58,331 nt of DNA from Minisyncoccota bacterium (GTDB lineage: Bacteria; Patescibacteriota; Minisyncoccia; UBA6257; JAGOQP01), in contig JBAYIV010000003.1 in assembly GCA_041665445.1 (NCBI GenBank), forward strand, positions 1 through 58,331, in the 5' to 3' direction. Positions 1 to 11,260 of the stretch are shown here, one piece after another; the first letter of the stretch is position 1, and the number at the start of each line of letters is the position of its first letter. A model generated the notes under the pieces. That model was not told the origin of the DNA. It searched no databases and saw nothing but the letters and a program-made list of their open reading frames with translations. The position numbers and the translations under genes were made by a program.

Positions 1-1
1 C

Positions 2-766
2 AATGCTTCTTCCTCTAATCTGTACTATACCTATGTGAGTGGTGGATCATTTGAACTGACGGCTGCCTTTGAATCAAGTAAATTCAAGTTAGGAGGTGAT
101 AAAGACACTGTTTCTACTGATGGTGGTTCCTATCCTGATCTCTATGAAGTCGGTTCCAATCTTTCTCTTGCTCCCCTTGATTATGGTGATACCTCCTTAG
201 TTGGGTATTGGAAGTTTGACGAAACAACAGGAACAACCGCATATGATAGTAGCGGAAGGGGGAATAATGGAATTCTCACTAATAATCCCATCTGGACTGC
301 GGGCAAAAAAAGAGGAGCATTGAGATTTAGTTTAGCTAGTCAATATGTTTCCAAGTCTATAGTAAGTTCGTCTCCTGTAGCTTTGAGCATTTCTTTCTGG
401 TTTAATCCCGATTCGATAAACTCATCTTATCGAGATATGGTTGGTGTAGCGGACAATGATACAGGAAGGTTCCACTTGAATAATGGAGATAATGCAATTA
501 ATTGGTATCCCTTTATTAATTCGGGGATAATCCCCGTGGTGGGTAGTTGGTATTATGCCGTTGGTGTTTATGACGGACTTTCGAAAAAAATCTATGTAAA
601 CGGAATTCTGAGAGGCACCGCCACAAATTCGACGTCGTTTGTTTTTGACAGAATGAAAGTTGGTTCTGACGGGGAAATTTTCAATGGAGTGTTAGATGAA
701 GTGAGTTACTACAACCGCGCTTTGTCGGCAAGCGAAGTTACTGCTCTCTACAACGCCACCAGGTAG
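2..766 (+). CDS. Type IV pilin-LamG (concanavalin A-like lectin/laminin G) fusion protein, 5' truncated by the window edge
   Basis: Frame is open from position 2 (NASSSNLYYTYVSGGSFELTAAFESSK...TDGG...YEVGS), matching the C-terminal motif pattern of the pilin at 4822-5379. It is followed by a LamG module (LVGYWKFDETTGTTAYDSSG ... LDEVSYYNRALSASEV). Confidence 0.8.
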   Translation, partial: NASSSNLYYTYVSGGSFELTAAFESSKFKLGGDKDTVSTDGGSYPDLYEVGSNLSLAPLDYGDTSLVGYWKFDETTGTTAYDSSGRGNNGILTNNPIWTAGKKRGALRFSLASQYVSKSIVSSSPVALSISFWFNPDSINSSYRDMVGVADNDTGRFHLNNGDNAINWYPFINSGIIPVVGSWYYAVGVYDGLSKKIYVNGILRGTATNSTSFVFDRMKVGSDGEIFNGVLDEVSYYNRALSASEVTALYNATR

Positions 767-888
767 TAGAATATGCGCTTGCTTCGCGTAACGGGGAATG
801 GCGCATATTCACAACCTGGCAGGCCAGGTAGTGGGGCCATCGCTTGCTTCGCGCAACGGGGAATGGTGCATACTCACAACCTGGCGGG
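759..888. repeat. Two tandem 65-nt imperfect palindromic repeats (759-823, 824-888)
   Basis: Both units read CCAGGTAGT-N8-CGCTTGCTTCGCGYAACGGGGAATGGYGCATAYTCACAACCTGGCRGG, about 54/65 identical. The ends CCAGGT and ACCTGG are inverted. Confidence 0.9.
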
Positions 889-904
889 CAAAATAATCCA
901 AACT

Positions 905-930
905 AAAAACCGCCCCTAGGGGCGGTTTTT
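905..930. terminator. Bidirectional intrinsic terminator
   Basis: AAAAACCGCCCC-TA-GGGGCGGTTTTT between convergent genes. Confidence 0.8.
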
Positions 931-931
931 A

Positions 932-1654
932 TTATCCTTGTTTTTTAAACGCGTCTACAATCGGATCCAAATCACCATTGAGTATCTTTTCAATGTTGTG
1001 CCATTTCTTGCCAATGCGATGATCCGTGATGCGATCGTCGGGGAAGTTATAGGTGCGGATTTTCTCGGATCGGTCGCCCGAACCAACTTGTTCTTTGCGC
1101 AAAGCGCCGACCGACTCGGTCCGTTGGCGCTGCATTTCTTCAAAGAGCTTGGATCGCAAGACGCTCATGGCATTTTCCCGGTTGGCATTCTGTGAGCGCT
1201 CGGTTTGCGAGGCGACGACGACTCCGGTGGGTTTATGCATGATGCGTACGGCTGTTTCCACCTTGTTAACATTCTGTCCGCCGGGACCGGAGGAGCGAAA
1301 AAACGATATTTCAAGATCGCCTGGGTTTATCACTACGGCTCGTTCTTCCACAAACGGCATCACAATGACTGATGCGGTTGAGGTGTGGACGCGGCCAGCT
1401 TTTTCGGTCGCTGGTACTCGCTGGATGCGATGGACTCCCGATTCGTTCTTGAGCGAGTCGTAGACGTCAAGGCCGTCGATACGCCCCACGAATGTTTTGT
1501 AGCCGTTAAGGGTGGTACGGCTTTCGTCGACGGTAATAAATTTCCACCCCTTGCGCTGAGCATATTTTTGGTACATCTCAACGAGATTTGCAGCAAAGAT
1601 CGCCGCTTCATCTCCGCCGACTCCCGCCCTGACTTCAATAATGGCTTTGTTCAT
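932..1654 (-). CDS. prfA: Peptide chain release factor 1, N-terminally shortened (about 240 aa)
   Basis: GGQ motif (GPGGQNVNK) and RF1-type PxT motif (RVPATE...GRVHTS). Likely start at MNKAIIEVRAG (1654). Confidence 0.93.
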   Translation of the reverse strand: MNKAIIEVRAGVGGDEAAIFAANLVEMYQKYAQRKGWKFITVDESRTTLNGYKTFVGRIDGLDVYDSLKNESGVHRIQRVPATEKAGRVHTSTASVIVMPFVEERAVVINPGDLEISFFRSSGPGGQNVNKVETAVRIMHKPTGVVVASQTERSQNANRENAMSVLRSKLFEEMQRQRTESVGALRKEQVGSGDRSEKIRTYNFPDDRITDHRIGKKWHNIEKILNGDLDPIVDAFKKQG

Positions 1655-1749
1655 AATGGTGGCAAGCAACGTATAACTAATAACCAACAACAATAAATAA
1701 AGAAAAACGAGAGGATGTCCCCTCGTTTTTCAAAAATAATAAAAGCAAA

Positions 1750-2037
1750 CTACTTTCCTTTCTTCTCTGTCTTGATTGCCTTCTTTGTGCCTTTTACCGC
1801 GCGCTTCTCCGTCTTTTTGCGGACGGGTGTTTTGGCGGCGGCGGCACGACGCGTCTTGAATTTCTCCACGCGGCCAGCGGTGTCGATTAATTTTTCTTTG
1901 CCAGTGTAGAGCGGATGGCAGGCGTAGCAGATTTCAACTGCAAGCTCTTTTTTGGTTGATCCAACGTAAAAAACATTGCCACATGCACAGGAAACCTTGG
2001 CTTCGGGGTAATATTCGGGGTGAATTTTTTTCTTCAT
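1750..2037 (-). CDS. rpmE: 50S ribosomal protein L31 (Zn-binding type) with Lys-rich tail
   Basis: MKKKIHPEY...CACG...[12 protein letters not shown]...GRVEKF. Confidence 0.95.
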   Translation of the reverse strand: MKKKIHPEYYPEAKVSCACGNVFYVGSTKKELAVEICYACHPLYTGKEKLIDTAGRVEKFKTRRAAAAKTPVRKKTEKRAVKGTKKAIKTEKKGK

Positions 2038-2229
2038 GCGATTAATACTTATTTATGTAGGGGGATTGTAGCGTACTTTTTGTCCTTTGACAAGCCCCAC
2101 GTGAATGACGTGTCGCCACAATGGGCGAGAATATGAGTCTCTGGGCATGCGATAATAAGGGGAGGAATGGGGGAATGGCCTGCGCTCAAAACGGGCCGGT
2201 ACTGCGAGTCCCCGCGGTCTTTTGCAGGC

Positions 2230-2257
2230 TTGACAGGGGGTCTTTTTTGTATATACT
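2230..2257 (+). promoter_or_regulatory. Sigma70-type rRNA promoter
   Basis: TTGACA (2230-2235), 16-nt spacer, TATACT (2252-2257), upstream of the 16S gene. Confidence 0.75.
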
Positions 2258-2427
2258 TACTGGGCTCTTACTGGAAAGAACTTTGACATTGCTATAAATC
2301 GTTTGTTTGAAGATTTTTTTGGTTGTCCCTTAAAACGTGAACTCATCGAGGACTTCACGCGGACTGGTGCGGACATGGCAACATGTCAGCGTTAGTCTGC
2401 GTTTATAGTCAGCGTTAGTTGACGTAT

Positions 2428-3971
<1,544 letters not shown>

Positions 3972-4223
3972 GATTTTTTCGATCCCGAGCAATCGGGATA
4001 CCGGGAGTTGGTCGCGGATCCATAAGTTGCGACCTTCCAATGCTTGCATTGGAAACAGGGGCAACCAAAAAAGCTTTCAAACACTCACAAAAGAAGGGCG
4101 CATTGCACTCTTCTCTTTTTTTATGCGACATGGTATGCTGAAAGGGACTACGGGTTAAAAAATAATGGTATCGCGGGCACGACTTGTGGCGCAATGCTTT
4201 GCGCGTGCCGCGCTCAAAAGAAT

Positions 4224-4613
4224 ATGGAGGAAAAACTTAAAAAAATTCTTTTAGTTGAGGATGATCCTTTTTTGTCGTCGTTGCTCAAGAATCGTTTTGC
4301 GCAAGAAAAAGTTGAGGTGATGCATGCGCACGATGGCGATGAGGCGCTGGCAATGCTCAAGACCGCAACTCCCGACGTGGTGTTGCTTGATTTGATATTG
4401 CCCAAAAAATCGGGGTTTGAAGTTTTGCAGGCAATGCGCGAAGACCCTCAGCTTGCCAACGCGCCGGTTATTATTATCTCCAATCTGGGACAGCCAGAAG
4501 ACATAGAAAAAGGACAACAGCTGGGAGCGATTGAATATTTTATTAAAGCTAAGACATCTATTGAGGATTTGGTGGGCAACGTTTTGTCCTTTTTGACATC
4601 GGAAAAGGGATAG
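4224..4613 (+). CDS. Single-domain response regulator (receiver, CheY-like)
   Basis: KILLVEDD...PDVVLLDLILP...IIISN...FIKA receiver motifs. Likely start ATG at 4224. Confidence 0.9.
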   Translation: MEEKLKKILLVEDDPFLSSLLKNRFAQEKVEVMHAHDGDEALAMLKTATPDVVLLDLILPKKSGFEVLQAMREDPQLANAPVIIISNLGQPEDIEKGQQLGAIEYFIKAKTSIEDLVGNVLSFLTSEKG

Positions 4614-4821
4614 GGGTGTTACGTGTTTTGCTCGCAGGGAGATAGAGGGGGGGGTTATTCACACCCCCCTTTGTTTTTTGGTAGCGTTTTATGTATACTC
4701 ATTGAGAAGACACGATGGTCGATCTCCCGGAATAATCACAGGGAGTTCGTTTGGGTGCTAGAGCACTCAGGCGTGATATAAAAATATAAAAGAATTTAAA
4801 AGTAATTTATTTATCGTACGT

Positions 4822-5379
4822 ATGCAGAATTTAAAGAGGGGGTTTACGCTCATTGAGCTTCTTATTGTTATCGGTATTTTGGCCATTTTGGTTGCCGCGG
4901 TGGTGGTGGTATTAAACCCGGCACAGCTCTTGGCACAGGCTCGCGACGGACAGAGAATGTCCGATATGGATTCTATCCGGAGCGCGGTGAATTTGTACCT
5001 GGCGACGGTGGATGCTGCGGCCCTAACGACAACGTCGACCTACACAGTCGCGGGAACGGCTACGCCGACCGGATGGACGGGAGCACTTGTGGTTGCTTCG
5101 ACCGCCGTTGACGGAACGGGGTGGGTTAAAGTAGCTCTCAATCAGGTATCCGGAGGAAGTCCTATCTCAAAGCTTCCAACTGATCCAACAAACCTTGGAT
5201 CTTATTATTACGGATACAAGGCAACGAGTACGGCGAGCACATTTAAGCTCATTGGTCGTTTAGAGAGTGTCAAGTATCAGGGAAAAATGACGACTGATGG
5301 TGGAACTCTTAACACCTGCACTAATTTTACAGAAGCGACTTGCTTCTATGAAATCGGATCTGATGTAACTGGTCTCTAA
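4822..5379 (+). CDS. Major type IV pilin (PilA-like)
   Basis: Prepilin site KRG|FTLIELLIVIGILAIL followed by the hydrophobic helix LNPAQLLAQARD. Confidence 0.92.
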   Translation: MQNLKRGFTLIELLIVIGILAILVAAVVVVLNPAQLLAQARDGQRMSDMDSIRSAVNLYLATVDAAALTTTSTYTVAGTATPTGWTGALVVASTAVDGTGWVKVALNQVSGGSPISKLPTDPTNLGSYYYGYKATSTASTFKLIGRLESVKYQGKMTTDGGTLNTCTNFTEATCFYEIGSDVTGL

Positions 5380-5395
5380 ACGAGAAACATCGTGA

Positions 5396-5429
5396 AAAAC
5401 AAAAAGACCCGCATGGGTCTTTTTGTTTT
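5396..5429. terminator. Intrinsic terminator after pilin
   Basis: AAAACAAAAAGACCC-GCAT-GGGTCTTTTTGTTTT. Confidence 0.8.
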
Positions 5430-5450
5430 GGTGAGGGGGTGGTATACTAC

Positions 5451-5565
5451 ATGAAATGTAACGTGTAAAAATAAAAAATCCTACTTGCTGGTAGGCGGGT
5501 AAAATGGTTGGAAAGCCCGCGGCACATCCATTATTTTACATTTTTATATTTGCATTTTGATTTTC
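5451..5565. repeat. Heptamer-like (AAAATGY/AAAAATC) inverted repeat upstream of the pilus ATPase
   Basis: A-rich left arm ATGAAATGTAACGTGTAAAAATAAAAAATC and T-rich right arm TTATTTTACATTTTTATATTTGCATTTTGATTTT. Confidence 0.6.
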
Positions 5566-5566
5566 T

Positions 5567-7279
5567 ATGTTTCGCTTTCCTCAAGAAAAACTCAAAAGCA
5601 TTTTGGAAACACAAAAGCTCGTTACCCCCGAGCAGTTTACCGATGCGCTTGCCGATGCCACGCGCATGAACCAGAGCGTGGGAGATGTACTGATTTCCAA
5701 GGGATATATTACGGAAGATTATCTCTATAACCTTGTGGCGACTCACTTGAGCGTTGAGCGGGCCAACTTAAACGTACGGGGAATCGATCACAAGATTTTA
5801 GAATTGGCGGATGAGAAATTTTGTCGCGAGAAGGGTGTTATCCCGTTTTCTCAAGATGCGGATAAAACCATCAATGTTGCCATGGAGGACCCCAGCGATC
5901 TGCCGACGATTGAGTTTCTTGAGCACAAGCTTAATACGCGTATCCGTCCGTTTTTAGCCAGTCCGCGCGATATGGCGAAAGGATTTTCGCTGTTTGGGTC
6001 CGAGTTGACCGATGATTTTAAAAAGATTATTGACCAGAATGTCCGCACGTCACTGGAGAAAAAAATCAATCTGGCTAACGACGAAGATGCCGCCGCGCAA
6101 TTGCCGGTGGTGGATATCGTCAATAGCTTGCTGGCGTACGGGGCATCACTGAATGCATCAGATATCCACATTGAAGAATTGGAGGATGTGGTTATGGTGC
6201 GGTTCCGCATCGATGGTATTTTGTATGAAATTATCCGGATGCCCAAAGAAATTCAGGCGGCGATTGTGGCGCGTATTAAATTATTAGGCGCACTCAAGAT
6301 CGACGAACATCAGCGTCCGCAGGATGGCCGATTCCGATTTAATGCCGTGCCCACGGTCATCGATGTTCGCGTTTCTATTTTGCCAACATTGTATGGAGAA
6401 AAAATCGTCATGCGTTTATTGCCCGCATCTCAGCGGCCGCTCTCACTGGCTGAAGTGGGTATGTTGGAAGATACCGCGCAGTTAGTCGCTGAAAATATCA
6501 AGAAAACGTACGGCATGATCTTGGTCACTGGTCCGACCGGATCAGGAAAAACAACGACGCTGTATGCGGTTTTAAATATGCTCAATCAGCCGCAGGTTAA
6601 CATTGTGACGATTGAAGATCCTATTGAATACAATATTAAATACATCAATCAAATTCAGATTAATCCGATTGCGGGCATTACGTTTGCGGCGGGACTTCGA
6701 TCTATTTTGCGCCAAGACCCCAACATCATTATGGTCGGTGAAATCCGCGACGAAGAAACGGGGGACATTGCGGTCAACGCGGCGCTGACGGGGCACTTGT
6801 TGTTGTCGTCATTGCACACCAACGACGCGCCCACCGCCATCCCGCGTTTAATGGATATGAAAATCCAGCCGTTTTTGATTGCGGCGGTTCTCAATTTGGT
6901 AATGGCACAGCGTCTCGTGCGCAAGATTTGCATTGATTGCATTGAATCATACGACGTTTCGGCGGAGCTCGAAAAAGATTTGCGGGAACAACTTAAGTTG
7001 ATCGGTGTTGACGCGCAGAGCGTGCCGCATACGTTATATCGGGGCAAGGGATGTAAGGCCTGCAATAATACCGGTTATCGCGGCCGCATGGGTATTTTCG
7101 AAGCCTTTGAGGTTTCTGAAAATATACGCAAGATTATTATCTCGGGAAAATTTTCTCTTGATGAAGTTATCAGAACGGCGCGACAAAATGGCATGGTGAC
7201 GATGTTTGAAGATGGTTTGCGCAAAGCCGCACTGGGCATGACGACCATTGAGGAAGTGCTCCGCGTTATCAGAGAGTAA
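5567..7279 (+). CDS. pilB: Type IV pilus assembly ATPase PilB/GspE family
   Basis: Walker A GPTGSGKTT, TIEDPIEY, LRQDPNIIMVGEIRD, LHTND and CxxC...CxxC Zn motif. Confidence 0.93.
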   Translation: MFRFPQEKLKSILETQKLVTPEQFTDALADATRMNQSVGDVLISKGYITEDYLYNLVATHLSVERANLNVRGIDHKILELADEKFCREKGVIPFSQDADKTINVAMEDPSDLPTIEFLEHKLNTRIRPFLASPRDMAKGFSLFGSELTDDFKKIIDQNVRTSLEKKINLANDEDAAAQLPVVDIVNSLLAYGASLNASDIHIEELEDVVMVRFRIDGILYEIIRMPKEIQAAIVARIKLLGALKIDEHQRPQDGRFRFNAVPTVIDVRVSILPTLYGEKIVMRLLPASQRPLSLAEVGMLEDTAQLVAENIKKTYGMILVTGPTGSGKTTTLYAVLNMLNQPQVNIVTIEDPIEYNIKYINQIQINPIAGITFAAGLRSILRQDPNIIMVGEIRDEETGDIAVNAALTGHLLLSSLHTNDAPTAIPRLMDMKIQPFLIAAVLNLVMAQRLVRKICIDCIESYDVSAELEKDLREQLKLIGVDAQSVPHTLYRGKGCKACNNTGYRGRMGIFEAFEVSENIRKIIISGKFSLDEVIRTARQNGMVTMFEDGLRKAALGMTTIEEVLRVIRE

Positions 7280-7289
7280 TCAATGCAAT

Positions 7290-8498
7290 ATGCAATTTTA
7301 CTACAAAGCATTTAAAAGCAATGGGGCGGTCATCGAGGGTCAGCTTGACGGCCGCAATTTGCAGGAAGTGCTGGCAAAAATTGCCGGCATGGATGCCAAG
7401 CCGCTTTTGGTTAAACCATTGGGCGCAGCGCAACGGCGAGAGGGTCTTTTCTCTCGTGGAAAAATCACACTTGAAGACAAGGTTTTTTTGACGCGCTATC
7501 TGGGGTTGATGTTGAAGGTAGGAACTGATTTGTTTAAGGCTATTGATATTCTTATTGAAGACTTTGATAAGCCAGCAATGAAAGCATTGCTTTTGGAAGT
7601 TCGGGGTAATCTTGAAAAAGGGCAGCCATTCTATACAACATTTGCCCGCTATCCAAAGACATTTTCGTCGTCGTTTGTGAATTTGATTAAAGCCGGAGAG
7701 ATGTCGGGAAAACTTGAGTCGGTGTTTGATGATTTAAGCGTTTCGCTGGAGAAGGAGCGCGATCTGCGTCAAAAGGTAAAAGGCGCGTTGATGTATCCGG
7801 TTATTCTGCTTATCGCATCCATTTTTGTGATGGTTTTAATGGTGAGCTACACCATTCCGCGGGTTGCTAATGTTTTTTCCGGCAATGGCGTGCAGCCGCC
7901 AGCGTTTTCACGGGTTGTTTTTGCAATAGGTATTTTTTCGGGGGATCATCTTATTATCATTCTTGCCGCACTCATCTCTATTATGGTGGGTGGATATGTG
8001 TTTTTTGGGCTGACGATGGTGGGGAGGAATTTGCTCTATCGTATCGGTATTAAAACGCCGGCGATAGGCCGCGTTATTAGAGAGACATCCCTCCAGCGTT
8101 TCGCTTCGACTTTTTCATCACTTCTGTCTTCCGGCATGCCGATCATTGATGCGCTGAATGTGACCGCCGATTCAATCCCCATGCCCGAACTCAAAAATGC
8201 GCTTATTCGGATTGGCTCGGAGGGATTGGCGAAGGGGTTGACGGTCGGCGAGGCTTTTAAGCGCGAGCCGGTTTTTCCCAAGGTGGTATCCAATCTAATT
8301 GCGGTTTCGGAAAAGTCGGGGCACATTGAAAATATTCTTCAAACATTGTCGGAATTTTATGCCTCAAGCATCGAGGGATCTCTCAAAACACTAATGACGT
8401 TTATTGAACCGATTCTCCTGCTTTTTATTGGTGTTATGATTGGCGGTATCGCGTTGGCAGTTATCATCCCGGTCTATCAGTTAACCGCTAATTTCTAG
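7290..8498 (+). CDS. pilC: Type IV pilus platform protein PilC/GspF
   Basis: Two T2SSF repeats (AGEMSGKL; VSEKSGHI...FIEPILLLFIG). Start ATG at 7290. Confidence 0.92.
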   Translation: MQFYYKAFKSNGAVIEGQLDGRNLQEVLAKIAGMDAKPLLVKPLGAAQRREGLFSRGKITLEDKVFLTRYLGLMLKVGTDLFKAIDILIEDFDKPAMKALLLEVRGNLEKGQPFYTTFARYPKTFSSSFVNLIKAGEMSGKLESVFDDLSVSLEKERDLRQKVKGALMYPVILLIASIFVMVLMVSYTIPRVANVFSGNGVQPPAFSRVVFAIGIFSGDHLIIILAALISIMVGGYVFFGLTMVGRNLLYRIGIKTPAIGRVIRETSLQRFASTFSSLLSSGMPIIDALNVTADSIPMPELKNALIRIGSEGLAKGLTVGEAFKREPVFPKVVSNLIAVSEKSGHIENILQTLSEFYASSIEGSLKTLMTFIEPILLLFIGVMIGGIALAVIIPVYQLTANF

Positions 8499-8551
8499 CA
8501 GAACGACCTATGGTGTTATGGGCACGGAGAAAAAGCGTTTGTACATATCAT

Positions 8552-9631
8552 ATGGCAAGAAGCGGATTCACCCTTATTGAAATTTTGGTTTCTATCGGCA
8601 TTTTAGTTGTCTTGGTTTCCATGACGGTTATGGGCTTGGGAGCGTACAAAGGAAAAACATCGTTTGATTTGGACGTCAACCAAGTAGTGGCGGCATTGCG
8701 AAGCGCACAAAGCCGCGCGGTATCGCAGGATCGCGGACAGGGGTGGGGCGTGCAATTTACCAATAGTACGACCACGGGGAGCCAATACCAGCTTTTTTGG
8801 GGAACGTCGTATGCAACCTCATCCGTTGTTTCTGCGCGGACGCTCGGGTATTCATCTGTTTTTACCGATCCGGCTCCAGGGTTTTCTAAAACCATTTTGT
8901 TTGCGCCAGTATCGGGGGCATCCGCAGGGCCCGATGTTATAGTTATTAAAAATACCACCACCAATAATGTCGGGATTATCACAATCAGTGCGTTGGGATT
9001 AGTGGGGCAAACAACAGAATCAGGTCTGGTGGGATATTGGCCGATGGATGAGGGGGTGGGGACAAGCGCGTATGACGCGAGCGGAAATAATAATGGCGGG
9101 ACGATTTACGGTTCGTCTGTCTGGGTGGCGGGTTTGAGTAATTGGGCTCTCGGTCTTACTACTGGCGCGATTGCGAATAATGTTATTGCAACTGCCAAAA
9201 ATATTAGCAATCCTCAAGGATTGACACTAACGGCGTGGGTTTATCCGACGTCGTACAGTGCTGAAGAGATGACTGTCGTTGAGGGGCAAAGCCCCAATGG
9301 TTATTATTTGAGTGTATACAAGGATGGCTCCATTAATTGTTATTGGTATGGCACTTCTCCTGCTGGGTACCATAGTTCTGGCGCTGGCACGGTCCCACTC
9401 AATCAATGGACTCAAATCACCTGTGCGTGGAGTGGATCGGCAATAAATTTGTATACAAATGGTCAGTTAAAAAACACGGTAAGCGTTTCTGGTAGTGGCG
9501 TTATAGCGACGGTGGTAAACATAGGTGCCGAAAGTACATCGCGGCAATTTCGAGGGAAAATTGACGATGTGCGCGTCTATAATCGGGCATTGTCTGCTAC
9601 CGAGGTTAAGAATTTATTTAATTCGTATTAA
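8552..9631 (+). CDS. Minor pilin (FimT/GspH-like) fused to C-terminal LamG domain
   Basis: RSG|FTLIEILV prepilin motif; LVGYWPMDEG ... IDDVRVYNRALS LamG motifs. Confidence 0.85.
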   Translation: MARSGFTLIEILVSIGILVVLVSMTVMGLGAYKGKTSFDLDVNQVVAALRSAQSRAVSQDRGQGWGVQFTNSTTTGSQYQLFWGTSYATSSVVSARTLGYSSVFTDPAPGFSKTILFAPVSGASAGPDVIVIKNTTTNNVGIITISALGLVGQTTESGLVGYWPMDEGVGTSAYDASGNNNGGTIYGSSVWVAGLSNWALGLTTGAIANNVIATAKNISNPQGLTLTAWVYPTSYSAEEMTVVEGQSPNGYYLSVYKDGSINCYWYGTSPAGYHSSGAGTVPLNQWTQITCAWSGSAINLYTNGQLKNTVSVSGSGVIATVVNIGAESTSRQFRGKIDDVRVYNRALSATEVKNLFNSY

Positions 9632-9644
9632 AATATTGTTGCGC

Positions 9645-11195
9645 ATGCATCCAGCTACCGTTCTAAAAAAATCAATTGTTTTTTTCAGCCGAACCGAAGG
9701 GCAGCTGTTGGTAGAAATGCTGGTGGCGCTGGTTATCGGTGGGCTTTTAACCCTGACTGCTTCTATCGCACTGGTTTCTTTGGTGCGGTACAATTTTGAA
9801 AATCAAGGGGGTCAGAATGCCGGTGCATTAGCGTACAATCTCATGACTGCGGCGGCGGCATTTAGCGAAAATAACTGGCATAATATTTACGACTTAAATA
9901 AAACGAGCGGATCGCATTATTATTTGGTTTCCGCTCCCACGTCGTCGCTGGCAGTTGCGGGCGACGAGAGCGTCTTTTTTAATGATATCGAAGCGGGTTT
10001 GATCGGCTATTGGAAATTTGATGAAGCAACCGGGACGATTGCCTACGATTCGTCGGGGAGCGGCAATAGTGGGACGTTCTATGGCAGTCCTACACGCATA
10101 GCCAGCACAACCTGTGAAGCGGGGTCGTGTTTGAGTTTTGACGGCGTTGGTCAGCGAGTAAACTTGGGTTCTGTGCAAACGGGTACTTCAACAACCGTTT
10201 CCGCGTGGATTAAAACAACAACGAGTTTCCAACGCCCGGTTTTCAGTAATCGTGGGTCGGGTTTGTATTTCGGGGTCAGTAGCGGAAGATTTTTTATTTA
10301 TGATAATACAGCCACGCCATCACCGGGCATGTCTTCTGCCATTGCGGTAAATGATAATAATTGGCATCACATTGCGTGGACATCAAATGGATCTGTGTCA
10401 TTGATGTATGTTGATGGTGTTTTAAATGTGACGCAAAATCAGAGTCGTGCCAGTGACACGGGAGTTGCCTACATCGCCTATGATGCTCCAAACAACGAAT
10501 ATTTTCCTGGCAGTGTTGACGATGTTCGTGTGTATAACCGCGCGCTTTCGGCGAGCGAAATATCTTCCCTGTATAATAACTCGCCCTATGCGCGTTATTT
10601 CTATGTGGATAACGTATTGCGTGACGGATCGGGAAATATTGCTACCAGCAGTGGCACCGACGATCCCTCAACGCAGATGATTCATGCGGCTGTTTTATGG
10701 AAAGAGGGGAGAACCACGACATTGGGGCAGTATGTTACGCGCTCAAAAGAAACGGCGCTTTTCCAAAATAATTGGCAGGGCGGGAGCGGAAAAATTGGAC
10801 CGATAACGACCATCTTAAGCGGATATGACACGTCAACGAATATTATCGCCGGTGCGACGCTTACGACTCCAAGCAGCACAGGAAGCCTGATGTCGTCGAT
10901 TTTTGATACGCAAGTTGTCGGGGGAGCGGCTATTAATAGTTTGCTTTGGCAGGGGTCATTGAACGGCGGCGCGGTCCGATTCCAATTTGCTTATGCAAAC
11001 AGCACATCGGAACCGTGGGTATTTTTGGGGACGGGGGGGAGTCCTTTTCGGTTTTACACGCCCCTCAACAGCGGAGTTCCGTTGGCTATCACTGACATAA
11101 ACAATTTCCGTTATTTTCGCTACACGATTTTTCTTGACTCGTCCACGACTAGTACGCCGACCGTTTCCAGCGTTTCACTGGGTTGGAGTTGGTGA
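9645..11195 (+). CDS. Minor pilin-like protein with internal LamG domain
   Basis: EG|QLLVEMLVAL pilin-like N-terminus, LIGYWKFDEATG ... VDDVRVYNRALS in the middle, and a beta-rich C-terminal domain. Confidence 0.8.
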   Translation: MHPATVLKKSIVFFSRTEGQLLVEMLVALVIGGLLTLTASIALVSLVRYNFENQGGQNAGALAYNLMTAAAAFSENNWHNIYDLNKTSGSHYYLVSAPTSSLAVAGDESVFFNDIEAGLIGYWKFDEATGTIAYDSSGSGNSGTFYGSPTRIASTTCEAGSCLSFDGVGQRVNLGSVQTGTSTTVSAWIKTTTSFQRPVFSNRGSGLYFGVSSGRFFIYDNTATPSPGMSSAIAVNDNNWHHIAWTSNGSVSLMYVDGVLNVTQNQSRASDTGVAYIAYDAPNNEYFPGSVDDVRVYNRALSASEISSLYNNSPYARYFYVDNVLRDGSGNIATSSGTDDPSTQMIHAAVLWKEGRTTTLGQYVTRSKETALFQNNWQGGSGKIGPITTILSGYDTSTNIIAGATLTTPSSTGSLMSSIFDTQVVGGAAINSLLWQGSLNGGAVRFQFAYANSTSEPWVFLGTGGSPFRFYTPLNSGVPLAITDINNFRYFRYTIFLDSSTTSTPTVSSVSLGWSW

Positions 11196-11260
11196 TTCTT
11201 CTTTTGCCTTTTTGACGGTGGGGAAGTATACTAATAGCAAGCAGGTTGTCTTAAATTATC

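Noticed and set aside
759-888. CRISPR array interpretation of the tandem repeats
   Set aside because: Only two abutting 65-nt units, no unique spacers, no cas genes.
1655-1750. Programmed frameshift supplying the missing RF N-terminus, as in prfB
   Set aside because: The protein has the RF1 PxT motif, and there is too little upstream sequence before rpmE.
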